Below, piece after piece: positions 24,101-35,900 of a stretch of 64,000 bases of DNA. The translations under genes and the position numbers were made by a program. The notes under the pieces were generated by a model. It did no database searches, was not told the origin of the DNA, and was given only the letters and a program-made list of their open reading frames with translations. How positions within the stretch are numbered: the stretch's first letter is position 1; each line of letters starts with the position of its first letter. The DNA is from Plasmodiophora brassicae (Eukaryota), in contig CP145426.1 of the NCBI GenBank assembly GCA_036867785.1, positions 558,001 through 622,000 of the forward strand. The letters run 5' to 3'.

Positions 24101-24991
24101 GCACAATTCCCCGAAAGGAAGACCGGCAACAGTATGTGGCGTTGCTTGTGACGGATCTGAGATATTTCTTCTGATTTGGCCACGCTTGCAGTTATACACA
24201 GCCAAATTAACAAGAGAAGGCGCACTTTGGGAATTTCTGACAGTTCCTCTTCCAGAAAAGTCAAGGTTGTGAAGAAGGCCATTGTCGGGCCAAGTCCCTA
24301 CTGATGGATTTCCTGGGCAGTTTCAAGGATGCCATCGACAACACCGGCATCGACGCCGACCACGACGTGTTCCGGGATGAACGCTCGTTTGATCAAGTAT
24401 CCGCTGACATGGCGACTTTCAACGCCGTCCTGTTGGAGGACGTGACACGAAAGCTGCGGTTCTCTATGATGGATGACCGATTCCGGCTCGTGTCTGACAT
24501 TCCCGACCCTTGGTGACCAATAGTTGAATACAACGAATTATTTCGGTGCAACTATTCATGTTTTAAGCCATTTTTGCAACCTAGCGAGCATATATTTCGG
24601 AGAAGTTGATATGTATTAAAGATACTTACGGTGGAAACAAATATTTGCATCACTCGGAAGAAACACTTGGATCACTCGGAAGAAATTTTTGCATCAACAG
24701 GAAGAAATAAGTGGATCAAGCGGAAAAAACATGTGGATCATGATCCATGTATTATTTCCGTCATGACTGATCATGGGAATAACGTGGGCTTTCAGTGAAT
24801 GGTGACCCGTGGATCATTCGGAACGCCTTCGGGAGCAGCATCTTCTAATTGCGTTGCATGAACGTGACCGTCGCAGAACTTCTCGATAAATTCCTTCGTC
24901 AAGCGCGAGCAACCGAACACATCGCGCAAATGCTGACAGCCATCTGGAGTAAACTCGTCATAGAACTGCGGCAAGTAACTATTCAGCAGAT
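18151..24991 (-). repeat. Right arm of the large inverted duplication
   Basis: Reverse complement of 1-6841. Here the copia and Tc1 elements continue past the arm boundaries. Confidence 0.97.
21479..22427 (-). mobile_element. TRIM copy in the right arm of the inverted duplication
   Basis: Mirror of 2565-3513. Confidence 0.95.
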
Positions 24992-26791
24992 CCTCGACGT
25001 CGAGGGGGAGGGCTGGGCACGTGCGCGCTTCATCTCCGTGATGCGCCGACTCGTAGAGCTTCTGCGTGAAGACGGGTCGTCGATCCTTACAGTACGCGAG
25101 GAACTCCCTCATATGGTCGTACGTTCGCCGGATATCGTCAACTGATATACGATTCACCTCATCCAGTAAGCATCGCTTCATAGTCGCCTTCCCTATGTGA
25201 ACCGAGGACTCTGTCGCAGAACTGACCCAAATGCGTATCTTGAGCAGCCCGAAGATCTCCTCGCAAGGGTTCAGGAATGGCGAATACTCAGGCAAGAACT
25301 GCATCTTGAAGTGCTTCGAGACACTGTCCCCCTTGAAAAACGTTTCGACGCGCTGGACATGATGAATGCGGGCATTATCGAGAATGAAGAGGCGCGGGCG
25401 TGAATTGTCACATGTCGTCTGCACGTAGTGCTGGACCATGCTCTTGCAAAACTCCAGAAACACGTCGCCGTCAACTGTTGTGTCCATTGTTTCGTACCAG
25501 ATGAGACCAAGGGCCGGCGACAACGCTAGCAGTAGTGATACGTGCTTGCCGGACATAACAGGCTCCTCAGAGAGAGACGGGACCCAGCCTCGAACTGACC
25601 AGACTTTCCGGTTTGACACGCGTGTAAGAGGCATCTCATCGAAGTAAACCGCATCGTAGAGTGGATTCGGCCCAAATATTCGACGGTACTCGTCCGACTC
25701 CAAACGCGAAACGTACTGGAAGCGCATCTCAATGGTCTCAATGGCGTTACGTTTGACGTTGAAGGATTTGAAGTCCCCTAGACGGAAGCCGGCTCGATCA
25801 CGAAGATGCTTGCTGAGGGTTCGAGAGGTGACGCGGACGTTGAAAGCCACTTTCAAGAACTTAGCAGCGACGGCAATTGTCGCCCCGATGCAGAGGAACA
25901 TGAATCTGGCAGCCGCATTGATCATCTCATCGGAAAGTTTGTCCGGGCGGCCTCTTCGTTTCCCCGATTCAGCCTTCGAAACTCCATTGACATGGCGAGA
26001 CACAGTCGATTGCGAACACCCAACTTCAGCAGCAATGTCGCGCTGAGACTTGGACCCATCAAGAGCGTTGATCATCTCCTCGCTTTCCAAAGAGATGTGC
26101 GGTTTCTTGGGGACAAGCGCCTTTCGGAAATGAACCGGAACAGAGTCGATGTCGACTTCACCTGCTAGCATCTTGACTTGCCACTGGGACAACTCTTGAG
26201 CGAACGCTCGTTCGCGATCCGATATCGACCTGTAACGTTCGATTTTCCTGTTCGCGACCTCGCGAACATGATCAACTGCACACTGGAGCTGCTGTAGTTG
26301 TTGCAATGCACGCTGACGGCTTTTCTCTCGAGCAACTCGGCGTTGTTCATCAAGTCGTCGCTGATTGGCAGCGTGCAGGGTACCGGAAACCGCTGGGGTG
26401 AACCGGATGTCTGCGACTCGTGGATCACACGCGATGGTCGGATCCAGCCGCGGGATGCTTTCTGGGTTCTTCGCCGGACGGCCGCGCCGAGCTGCAGACG
26501 ATGGATCCTGTAAGCTATCCTCCAAATGTTGGCACTGACAAGTAGGTGTACCTCTCGAGCTACGTTGCTGCGCTGCAGCGTTCGATGCTGAGGTGGCCGC
26601 CTCGTCGTCGCCAGCTAACGTCGGCTCCCGGTGATCCATTAATTTTTGACGGTTGATCCACAGATTTCTTCCGGATGATGCAAACATTTTTTCCGATTGA
26701 TCCACTTATTTCTTCCTGTTGATGCAAAACTTTCTTCCGAGTGATCCAAGTGTTTCTTCCGAGTGATGCAAATATTTGTTTCCACCGTAAG
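24625..26791 (-). mobile_element. Tc1/mariner-IS630 superfamily DNA transposon, 2167 bp, apparently intact
   Basis: TIRs of ~105 bp start CTTACGGTGGAAAC, carry 2 mismatches and are built of ~22-bp subrepeats. TA dinucleotide on both sides. Confidence 0.93.
24792..26705 (-). CDS. DD38E transposase (HTH + DDE_3-like); the real start may be MDHREP at ~26639
   Basis: HTH SQRDIAAEVGCSQSTVSR and RGRP; catalytic YFDE, ILDNARIH and LPEYSPFLNPCEE, with 38 residues between D and E. Confidence 0.9.
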   Translation of the reverse strand: MDQSEKMFASSGRNLWINRQKLMDHREPTLAGDDEAATSASNAAAQQRSSRGTPTCQCQHLEDSLQDPSSAARRGRPAKNPESIPRLDPTIACDPRVADIRFTPAVSGTLHAANQRRLDEQRRVAREKSRQRALQQLQQLQCAVDHVREVANRKIERYRSISDRERAFAQELSQWQVKMLAGEVDIDSVPVHFRKALVPKKPHISLESEEMINALDGSKSQRDIAAEVGCSQSTVSRHVNGVSKAESGKRRGRPDKLSDEMINAAARFMFLCIGATIAVAAKFLKVAFNVRVTSRTLSKHLRDRAGFRLGDFKSFNVKRNAIETIEMRFQYVSRLESDEYRRIFGPNPLYDAVYFDEMPLTRVSNRKVWSVRGWVPSLSEEPVMSGKHVSLLLALSPALGLIWYETMDTTVDGDVFLEFCKSMVQHYVQTTCDNSRPRLFILDNARIHHVQRVETFFKGDSVSKHFKMQFLPEYSPFLNPCEEIFGLLKIRIWVSSATESSVHIGKATMKRCLLDEVNRISVDDIRRTYDHMREFLAYCKDRRPVFTQKLYESAHHGDEARTCPALPLDVEDLLNSYLPQFYDEFTPDGCQHLRDVFGCSRLTKEFIEKFCDGHVHATQLEDAAPEGVPNDPRVTIH

Positions 26792-26793
26792 TA

Positions 26794-27088
26794 CATTCTA
26801 TGACGCCGGTGTATCGGGAACGTCACCTGACCAGTTGCATTGCAGGTACATTTCAGATGGCCATGCATCTTCAATGTACCTGTACGGTTGCGTTTAAGAT
26901 ACATTTTTGGGGCCGATGTATCTTCAACATATCGGTTTCCGTGCATTGCCGTTACATTCTGACGCATATGAAATGTATCGTCAGATGCAGCGCAGATACA
27001 ACACATTGTATCCGCAAAGTAACGCTGTCCGATACATTCACGATGCACGCATAAACGCATCTCCAATGCATCCAAATTCGGTCCAGTG
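26794..27088 (-). mobile_element. CACTA-type terminus with subterminal repeats
   Basis: Ends in CCAGTG (CACTGG on the - strand) exactly where gypsy integrase sequence begins. Multiple ATG(T/C)ATC / GATACA motifs occur in both orientations. Confidence 0.7.
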
Positions 27089-28068
27089 CCGCCATCCCGA
27101 ATCTGATGGCCAGACCGAGCGCGTCAACCAGATATTAGAGCAATACCTTCGTAATTATGTGTGCTACCTGCAAGACGACTGGGAGCCATTATTGCCGCTG
27201 GCCGAATTCTCTTACAATAACGTCGACCATTCGTCCACTGGAATGTCTCCCTTCTTCGCGAACTACGGCTACCACCCTCAGCTACGCGACCCTCGTCCTT
27301 GCAAACACGGCAGCTCCAATCCCTCTGCCGATGAACGCGTGAAGAACTTGACGGCCATTCGCCGTTACCTACACCGCCAACTGCATCGTGCTGTCAGCAC
27401 CATGAAACGAGCTGCGGATCGGAAACGCCGACCTCTTCCCGACTTCAAGATCGGGGAGTTGGTCATGCTCCGTCGAGGGGCAATTGCGACCGGCCGGCCA
27501 TGCGGTAAGCTGGACGTCCAAATGCTCGGGCCTTTCGAAGTTAGTCGCATCGTCAATCCGGTCGCCTACGAACTCCTGCTCCCGACATCCTTCCGCATCC
27601 ACAACGTCTTCCACGCATCCCAACTGGAACCGTACGTCCCGAACGTGATACCCAATCGTGTGCAGCCTCCGCCACCCACGATTCTGCTCGACGACGACGA
27701 CCAACCGCTGTTCATCGTGAAGGAAGTCCTGGACTCTCGATATCGTGCTGGTAAGCTGCAGTATTATATCGACTGGGAAGGCTACCCTGCACGAGCGCAC
27801 CTGGGAACCCGCCTCCAACTTGGAGGGCACCGGCGGATTCGATCGCTGCTCGCGGGCATTCCACGCTCGGTACCCAGACAAGCCCGGACCCCGTCTTCGA
27901 CGCCCGTAAAAGGGGATTATTATGTCACGGTCGAGTCGCTGTCTTGGCGACTCAGCCGGCACCTAATTGGGCTCCTCCGCAGCGCACTACTACAATAAAC
28001 GTCCACGGCGTTGGACCGACCTCAGTCGGTCAATCCGTGTGGTTGACACATCTTGCTCTGTCGTCACA
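27089..28068 (+). mobile_element. 3' fragment of a second Gypsy-1 copy (integrase C-terminus, chromodomain, PPT, 3' LTR)
   Basis: Near-identical to the reverse complement of 10464-11444. LTR at 27923-28068; frameshift in the chromodomain. Confidence 0.92.
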
Positions 28069-28577
28069 TCCGGCATTGGCAGCACTTGTCGCCTACACTG
28101 CCCGTTTGATGTACCTCAGGTACCCTCAGTTACCTTACCGGCATGTCGAACTTGCATCCTCCCCGATGCCCTTCATCGGGTCATCCGGAACTTCGAGGGC
28201 GAACCGCAAGCAAAGTGGCGTCGCGCACGCGCAATTGGTACGTTACGAGCTGACATGGGCAACAGCCGCTCGGCATGCCTCGCCTCGAATGCCCGCACGT
28301 GATGCGGCCCTCCGCCACCGGATCAAACATGGAGGAGCTAGACTCGTGCATCATTTTCCATTTCTGTTTGTCCCTTATGATTTCCTGTATTGTTGCGGTC
28401 AGGTACGTCGGGCTGGAATCGCAGCACAATGCGATATACGCGGACAGTTCTCGTGTACTCCAACGCCAATGAGCGAATGCTGCATCACTGAAATTGCCCT
28501 GCGTAGTAATGCTTAATTAACTTCTACAACTAAACCAACTGAACAACTATTAGTTAACTAAACTGAATTGGTTGGAC

Positions 28578-28880
28578 TAGTTGTGCAAGAAAGAGGCCGT
28601 CAGAATTTGAAGTTAACTATAGTTGTGCAAGAAAGAGGCCGTCAGAATTTGAAGTCAACTATAGTTGTGCAAGAAAGTGGCCGTCAGAATTTGAAGTCAA
28701 CTATAGTTGTGCAAGAAAGAGGCCGTCAGAATTTGAAGTCAACTATAGTTATGCAAGAAAGAGGCCGTCAGAATTTGAAGTCAACTATAGTTGTGCAAGA
28801 AAGAGGCCGTCAGAATTTGAAGTCAACTATAGTTGTGCAAGAAAGAGGCCGTCAGAATTTGAAGTTAACTATAATTGTGC
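28578..28880 (+). repeat. 42-bp tandem repeat, ~7 copies, directly upstream of a Gypsy-1-like R/U5
   Basis: Unit TAGTTGTGCAAGAAAGAGGCCGTCAGAATTTGAAGTCAACTA with few SNPs and no spacers. Confidence 0.93.
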
Positions 28881-28899
28881 GACAACTGAGTCCATGTTT

Positions 28900-30585
28900 T
28901 TGTATATAACTGTATAAACGTCCACGGCGTGGACCGTCGACTTCAGTCGGTCAATCCGTGTGGTTGACACATCTTGCTCTGTCGTCACACTTTGACCGAC
29001 TACCCTTCTGTCGTATCGTCTCGTCTTATCTCGGCCCGAAACGACTCGTATATTATCGTACCGCGTCAACATTGTCTCGTCTGGTATAGTATCGCAGTCA
29101 TGACAGGAGGCGATGTGCTGATTCCGTCGTTGGCGGATGTCCCATCGTCCGCGAATCCGGATGTTGCGGTTGCGTCGGCGTCGAGCTGCGCGACATTAAG
29201 TAGGAGATTCGCGTTCTCCTATTGCAGTTGACACTCGCGCAGGGTGTTGTGCCCCGCGCAGGGCCGCTCAACCCGCCTCAGCTCAACACCACCGCCGATT
29301 TACCCGACAACTCTCAGTCCTCTTCGGACTATTCCGCCCCGCCTGCCTTATCGTCACTACGCGTTTCTGTTGCCTCGACGTCCCTAAAGGACCCCTCTGG
29401 CGTGCCTCAGCAGGATCCTGCCCCCTCGACGGCAGTGCATATTGGCACGTCGCCCGTTGGGGCTCCAGTGACAGCGCCACGGGTGTCCCCGGCCCTTTAA
29501 CGTCTATTGTTGTCCAATCCCAAGACACCTTGCTTTTCTCCGGAACGGATGGTCTCTCGACAACGCGTTGGTTGACCGCCTTTCTCGGATCAACCAGACG
29601 TCGTTAACGTCTACCTGTCCTCTATCCGCTGCTGTGCAATGCGTCTTACCAACGGCCTTGCGAGGTCCAGCTCTTGAGACTTACCTTGACTTGCCCGAGG
29701 ACGCGTCTATGGTGGGCGTGGCGTCCGCCCTGCTCCATGACTTCCCGGAGCCTTCGGTAAAGCAGATTGAAGCGGATTTTGACAACCTGAAGCAAACTCC
29801 AAGTGTCTCCAGTCACATGCGGGAATTCCAACGCCTGTACAAGCAGCTTCAACGATGTGACCCCTTGTACAGACTGAGTCCGTCCTGTTTGGCGGTGCAC
29901 CCTGCGCTCTCTGAAGCCTTGTTTTTCTATAATTTCACAGAGTACGACAAAATGCGCGATATGGCGATTCATCTTGAGGCAAAATACCATTAGCTTGTAT
30001 TGATAATACATACAGAAGTCCCTATTGCCGCCGTGGACGCTGGCGGCGCTGGAAGGGCACAACTCCTGACCTGCCACTATTGTCATGAAGTTGGGCATTT
30101 TATTGGGTCCTGCCCGAAGAGGCCACCGTGCACGCACCGTCATAACTCATAAGGTTGGCCACCGCTCGTCGCTGTGTGCAGAGCGGTCCGCTGCTGCTTG
30201 CTCCGACAGCCCTCTCCACGTTACTGATGTGTTCTTTATGACGGCCTCCTCAATACCGCATCTGTTCGTACCGGTATGTTTCGTGATCGGCTCACGCCGC
30301 GTTAACACCTTCGTCTTGTTAGATTGTGGCGCGACTTCAAACTTCACCGACTGGTCGTTCTGTCGTCACCACGAAGTACCGGTTCGCTCTAAATCGCGAG
30401 CGACTCCTGTTCGCGTCATCGACGGCCGTCAACTGTCTCCAATAACTCAGGAAACGGTCCCAATACGCGTTACCGTCGACGGGGGGTTTCGACAGTGACA
30501 TTGTTCTGAACCTGATCCATTCGCCTCAGCACCCTGTCATCCTCGGGCTGCCTTGGTTGGCGGATACAAACCCTGACATCGATTC
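28900..30585 (+). pseudogene. Degenerate Gypsy-1-related element (LTR 3' part, PBS, gag, protease)
   Basis: LTR end GTCGTCACA at ~28989 followed by CTTTGACCGACTAC; gag and [10 protein letters not shown] fragments with stops and frameshifts. Confidence 0.85.
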
Positions 30586-31011
30586 GGGTCCACGCCGCGT
30601 GCGGCGCCGCGGACGTAGAAGCCTCGCTCAGTGTCATTTGGAAACGCGCACTCGAAAATCTGTCCAAAGGATGGCTTATCGATGTTCCCGTCAGTGAAAA
30701 GAGAGCGTGCTGGACGGAAAAGGGCCGCCGTCGATCGAGACGCAATCAGATATCCCTACTCCGTGGGCTTCACCGTAATATATTACGGTTTAGACTTTGG
30801 CCTGTCTCCATAATTTTATAAAGGATCCGAAAATTCGTCTAGCTGTACAGTTCGACAGGACCTGCCGGCCAATGAATTTTGGCGAAGACGGGAAGGACTG
30901 ATCGTTCGTCCTCATCGCACGACATTTTTTACAAGCTCCCTCACAAGTCCGGTGGACCTGCGCAAACCGTAATATATTACGGTTTGAAATGAAAATTTGT
31001 GGAAAGCCAGT

Positions 31012-31441
31012 AACAACGTATAAGGTGCAGAAGCGCTGCACCACCAAGGCAACGCCGCCTTTGTCCTGTGGGTGCCCGACAGCCCAGTAATTAAGTGTCG
31101 TTTAGGACTGACCATAGGGGGTCAATTGAGCAGGTGGAAGGTGAAGGGGCGCCTGTAAAAAGGTGACCACCTCCCACAGGGGGGTGGATGTCGTCAGTAG
31201 TGTAGGCCGGTCAACCGAAGTGAGGAAGACCAATCACCTACGAACCTTGGAGGACTCGATGAGCCCTTAGACTCGCCCCGGAGCCGCCACCCTGCAAGAC
31301 CCCAGAACAGAGGTGACAGACCGGCTCTGCCAGGTCGGGGAAAGTGAGCGTTCTGCGAGCCTCCCTACGGTCCTCGGATCCGAGAACGAGGCGCCTGCGT
31401 TAAAAGCGCGAAATACAAATAAACTTAACTTTTAACTTAAC
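31012..31441 (+). mobile_element. 430-bp non-coding retro-insertion with 15-bp flanking duplication and (AACTT)n tail
   Basis: TTGTGGAAAGCCAGT at 30997-31011 and 31442-31456; tail AATAAACTTAACTTTTAACTTAAC; homologous to ~1700-2068. Confidence 0.75.
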
Positions 31442-32946
31442 TTGTGGAAAGCCAGTTACGTTCTTAGCGACAGTGATGTCTGTGTGTAAAATTCAGTTAT
31501 GATCCCCGTGAGCGGCAGAGCGCGTTCGGAGCGCGATTGGGGTTTCACTCTGATTGCACACCTGGTATCCTCCTGAACCTGAGCGACGCCAGCAGTAGGT
31601 CAATGACTCAGTAGAAACTGCAAAGCAGAATGCCATGTGAGACAACCTGTGATTCAATGGTGTCATCGCGACGCTTTCGCGGCCGTCCCCGGCCACGCTT
31701 GGCGGCACCAGCATTCAACTCGGGACCACCGTTGCCATCAGAATGGGCGGCAGGCGAGGCAATGCCAGATGTCTTCTTCGAAGCGACAATTTCTTTGGCG
31801 CGTTGTGAGCGTTGCTCCTCTTCGCCTTCTTTCATACTGTACGCCCGCTTTGGGATCGACCGCTTCTTCATCGGCAAGTGGCGCAGAGCATGGAAGTCGC
31901 AGCACGCACGATGGTCGCTTCCGACAGGAGCAGTACGAACTGTTTACGCGTATAGCAGTAATGGTTTGTCTCGCGGACACACAAGACGCAGCCTCGAACA
32001 CTTCGCTTAAGACGCTCGTTCGTTTCCGGATCTTGGATCAGCTTCTCCATCGGGTGATGGACGGAGCTCCTGTGCAATTGCGGAATCAGAACACAATGTC
32101 AACCACGTTTGGGATGTTACCTACCTGATCGTCCAGCCTTCATCGGTCCTAAAGACGGAAAGAGCATTACGTCGAGGTATCTTGGGGATGAGGTCCCCGA
32201 GATTTTGAACGACGCTTCTCTCTGCAAGTACACCTAGGAACGTCGACAGCCTCGTTGAGAACGTCTCGGCCGGCCTGGATCACGAAGTCTTCTATGGTCT
32301 CCTCTGAAACAAGGTCTCGGCGTAACGCTTTGAAAGTCGACAAGGCCGTCTTCTCGTCCTGAAGGTCGTGTCTGCATTTCCAGTACCTTGGAATATTCAT
32401 TCAGTCAACAGTGGTAAACAAGACTGAGAGCACGTGACTACCTGAAAGCAATACAGGTGTCCAACCCGCAGGCTTGGAAGAGCAGGTGGATGACGTACTT
32501 GACCTCGAATGGAAGGCTGTTTCGTGGGTACCTCAACTTATTGACATCGAAAGTTGCCTTGTCGACGCAACGATCTCGTCGTCGAGGACTAACCAGGTGT
32601 TCTCCTTGACGAACAGTTTCCGCGAAGCGGCGACAATCGCTTGCTCAAGAAATCGATAGTTGGAGTATAGTCTGTGGTGTCCAGGAACGTAATTATTAAT
32701 GTCACAGGAGCCGGACCGCCCGACCGTCTCGAACGCCCGGAGATGGTTGACCAGCGTCCGGAACCGTTTGGAGGGCAGCGCCCTCGTTCCGAACAGCGAG
32801 GCGCCGTACTTGCAGCGCCTGATCGATCCTGGCGGTTGTGGCCTTTTGTCACGATCAGGCAAGCTGATGCAACGAACGCTTTGACGGACTGGCGAAGTCC
32901 GTCGCGGGGTTCGGGATTTATTCAGTTATCACAGAATAGTCCTCTT

Positions 32947-35900
32947 CTAGCGATTGGGTCTCCGCCGGTTTCGGGAGCGAGGGCCAGGTTTATCGGGATA
33001 TCGAGCATGAAATTCAGCAATCGCTTGGTCCAGGCCTCCTGTCCCATGGAGATTGCCCGCGGGTTCCCAGGTGCGATCGGACGGGGAGTATCCTTCCCAA
33101 TCTATGAGATATTGCAACCGCCCCGACCGGTATCGGGAATCCAAGATCGACTTAACGATGAACAGGGGCTGGTCGTCATCTTCCAATACAATGGGCGGCG
33201 GCGGTGGCTGTTGGCGATGTGGAAGGACATTAGGCGTATACGGTTCCAGCTGTGACACATGGAAGACGTTATGTAGGCGCGAGGTAGGAGGCAGCTTCAC
33301 TTCGTATGCGACGGGGTTAACTGTGCGAACCACTTGGAAGGGTCCCAGCAGACGGTCATCCAGTTTCCCGCACGGGCGGCCAGTCGATAAGGTTCCACGC
33401 CTGAGCATGACGAGATCGCCCACCTGCAGTGGTGGTGGTTCGCGGCGACGGCGATCCGCAGAGCGCTTCATAGCGTCGACCGCCCGTTGCAGTTGGCCCT
33501 TCAAGTAGCGGCGAACCTTCTCAAGGAATTCGGCACGCTCATCGGCGGCTGGGTTACAGACTTGGCCATTCCTGGGTCGAGGCTCCGTCACCCTTGGATG
33601 AAACCCGTAGTTGGCGAAAAACGGCGACATGCCGGTGGCCGAATGGTCGGCGTTGTTGTACGCGAACTCGGCCATAGGCAGAAGTTGCAGCCAGTCGTCC
33701 TGCATGTAGCTAACATAGCAGCGTAAGTATTGTTCGAGGATCTGGTTCACGCGTTCCGTCTGGCCGTCGGATTCCGGGTGCCGGGATGAAGACAAGTTCC
33801 GTTGGATACCAAGACGGTCCAGTAAGTGCTTCCAGAAGGCCGACACGAACTGGGGCCCCCGGTCGGAGACGATGTCGTCCGGTAGGCCATGCAGGCGGAA
33901 TATCTGCTGCAAAAACAGGTCGGACAGCTCGACCGCTGTGAGGGTCTCCTTGCACGGAATGAAGTGGGCCATTTTCGAAAACCGGTCGACGACGACGAGG
34001 ACCGAATCGTAGCCGTCGGAAACTGGAAGCTTGACAATTAGATCCATTGAGATCGATGACCACAGAGAACTCGGCAAGGGAAGAGGCAGCAGGAGCCCGG
34101 ACGGTTTGTGGCGCGGAGACTTGCTTCTCTGACAAATGTCGCAGGATGAGACGTACAGTTTGACGAAGGCCCTCATGCCAGGCCACCAAAATTCACGCTG
34201 GACAAGCCCAAGCGTTTTGCGGATACCAAAGTGACCAGAGGCCCTATTATCGTGGAGTTGCCGGAGGATCTCGATCTTGCATTCGTCTCCGGAGACGACC
34301 AAGGAGCGTCCTTTGTACAGGAGGCCGTCTCTCAGGCAATACTTCCTACCTTGAGGTCGGTCGAGCAGACCGGCAATCTTGGCGACGAACGGATCACTCG
34401 CTTGGTGTCGTCGGATACGGTCTAGGAGAGGCTCGGACGGAGCCGCCTCCGCGTGGACGGTGAACGCGTCCACCACGGGGGACGGAACTAGGCGATGAAG
34501 CGGGAGCAGTTGGAGAGATTGTTGCAGGATGCCTTCTTCAGACGCCGTCGGGACGTACTCCGGGCGGCGCGTCAAGGCGTCAGGTTTACCGTGCAAGCGG
34601 CCCGGTCGGTGCTGAATCATGAAGTCGAAGCCGCTAAGCAGTTGGGACCATCGGATTTGGCGCGGATTAAGCTTGTGGGTCGTCATGAAGTACTTGAGGT
34701 TGCGGTGGTCGCTGTGCACAAGTGTCTGATGTTCATCCGAATCCAGGAACTGGCGCCATTTCTCGAAGGACGCAACAACGGCCAGGAGCTCTTTGTCGTA
34801 GACCGCATATCGGATCTCAGCGGGGTCCAGTTTCCTCGAAAAGAACGCCAGAGGGTGTAAGTCCCCGTCACGGCCCCGTTGTGAGAGGACCATGGCAATG
34901 GCGAAGTCGGAGGCATCCGTTTCAATCTCGCACGGCACGCTAGGATCGAAGTGGGCGAGGACCGGAGCGCGTGTGAACGCGCTCTTCAGAGTTGCGAAGG
35001 CGGTCGAAGCAGTCTCGTTCCAGATAAATTCGGTTTCCCCGCGAGTAAGGTTCGTCAAGGGAAGTGCGATCTCCGCGAAATGCGGGATGAACTTTCGGTA
35101 GAAGTTGGCGAACCCAAGGAAGACTTGCAGCCCGTGGAGGTCACGCGGCGGGGCCCACGCGAGTATTGTGTCTACTCGGCTGGGATCCAACCGGAGGCCG
35201 TCCTTGGACACTAAGTAGCCGAGGAATTCGACCTCCGGTGCGTCGAACAAGCACTTAGACAGTTTGGCCGTCAGGCGCGCGGAGCGTAGACGTTCGAGCA
35301 CCAAACGCACGTGCTGTTCATGTTCCTCAGCATTCTTGGAGAAAATCAAGATGTCGTCAAGGTAAACAACAACGAAACGGTCAATGAAGTCGCTGAATGT
35401 CTCGTTCATGAAGGCTTGAAAGGATGCCGGGGCGTTGGCAAGCCCGAAGGGCATAACCAGGTACTCGAACAATCCGTACGGTGTCCGGAATGCTGTCTTC
35501 CATTCGTCACCTTCGCGAATGCGGATCTGGTTGTACGCACTTCGAAGGTCGATCTTGGAGAAGACCGTTGCTTGACCGAGTGTCGAAAGCAGCTGGTCGA
35601 TGAGCGGAAGTGGGTAACGGTTCTTCACGGTGACCGAGTTCAGGCCTCGGTAATCAACGCAAAGCCGTAACGAACCATCCTTCTTCTTCGCGAAAAGGAT
35701 CGGCGCGCCGGCAGATGAACGCGACGGCCGTATGAAGTTCGACTGGAGGTTATCTTCCAAATACTTCTTGAGGGCTACCTGTTCGCGGGGAGACAAGCCG
35801 TAGAGGCGACAGAATGGAGGCTCCGTCCCCGGTTTCAGGTCGATCGAGCAGTCAGAGGCGCGGTGCGGCGGTAAGGATGTGGCGGTGGCCTCGTCGAACA

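Noticed and set aside
28578-28880. CRISPR-like array
   Set aside because: Contiguous 42-bp units with no unique spacers, no cas genes, and a eukaryotic context.
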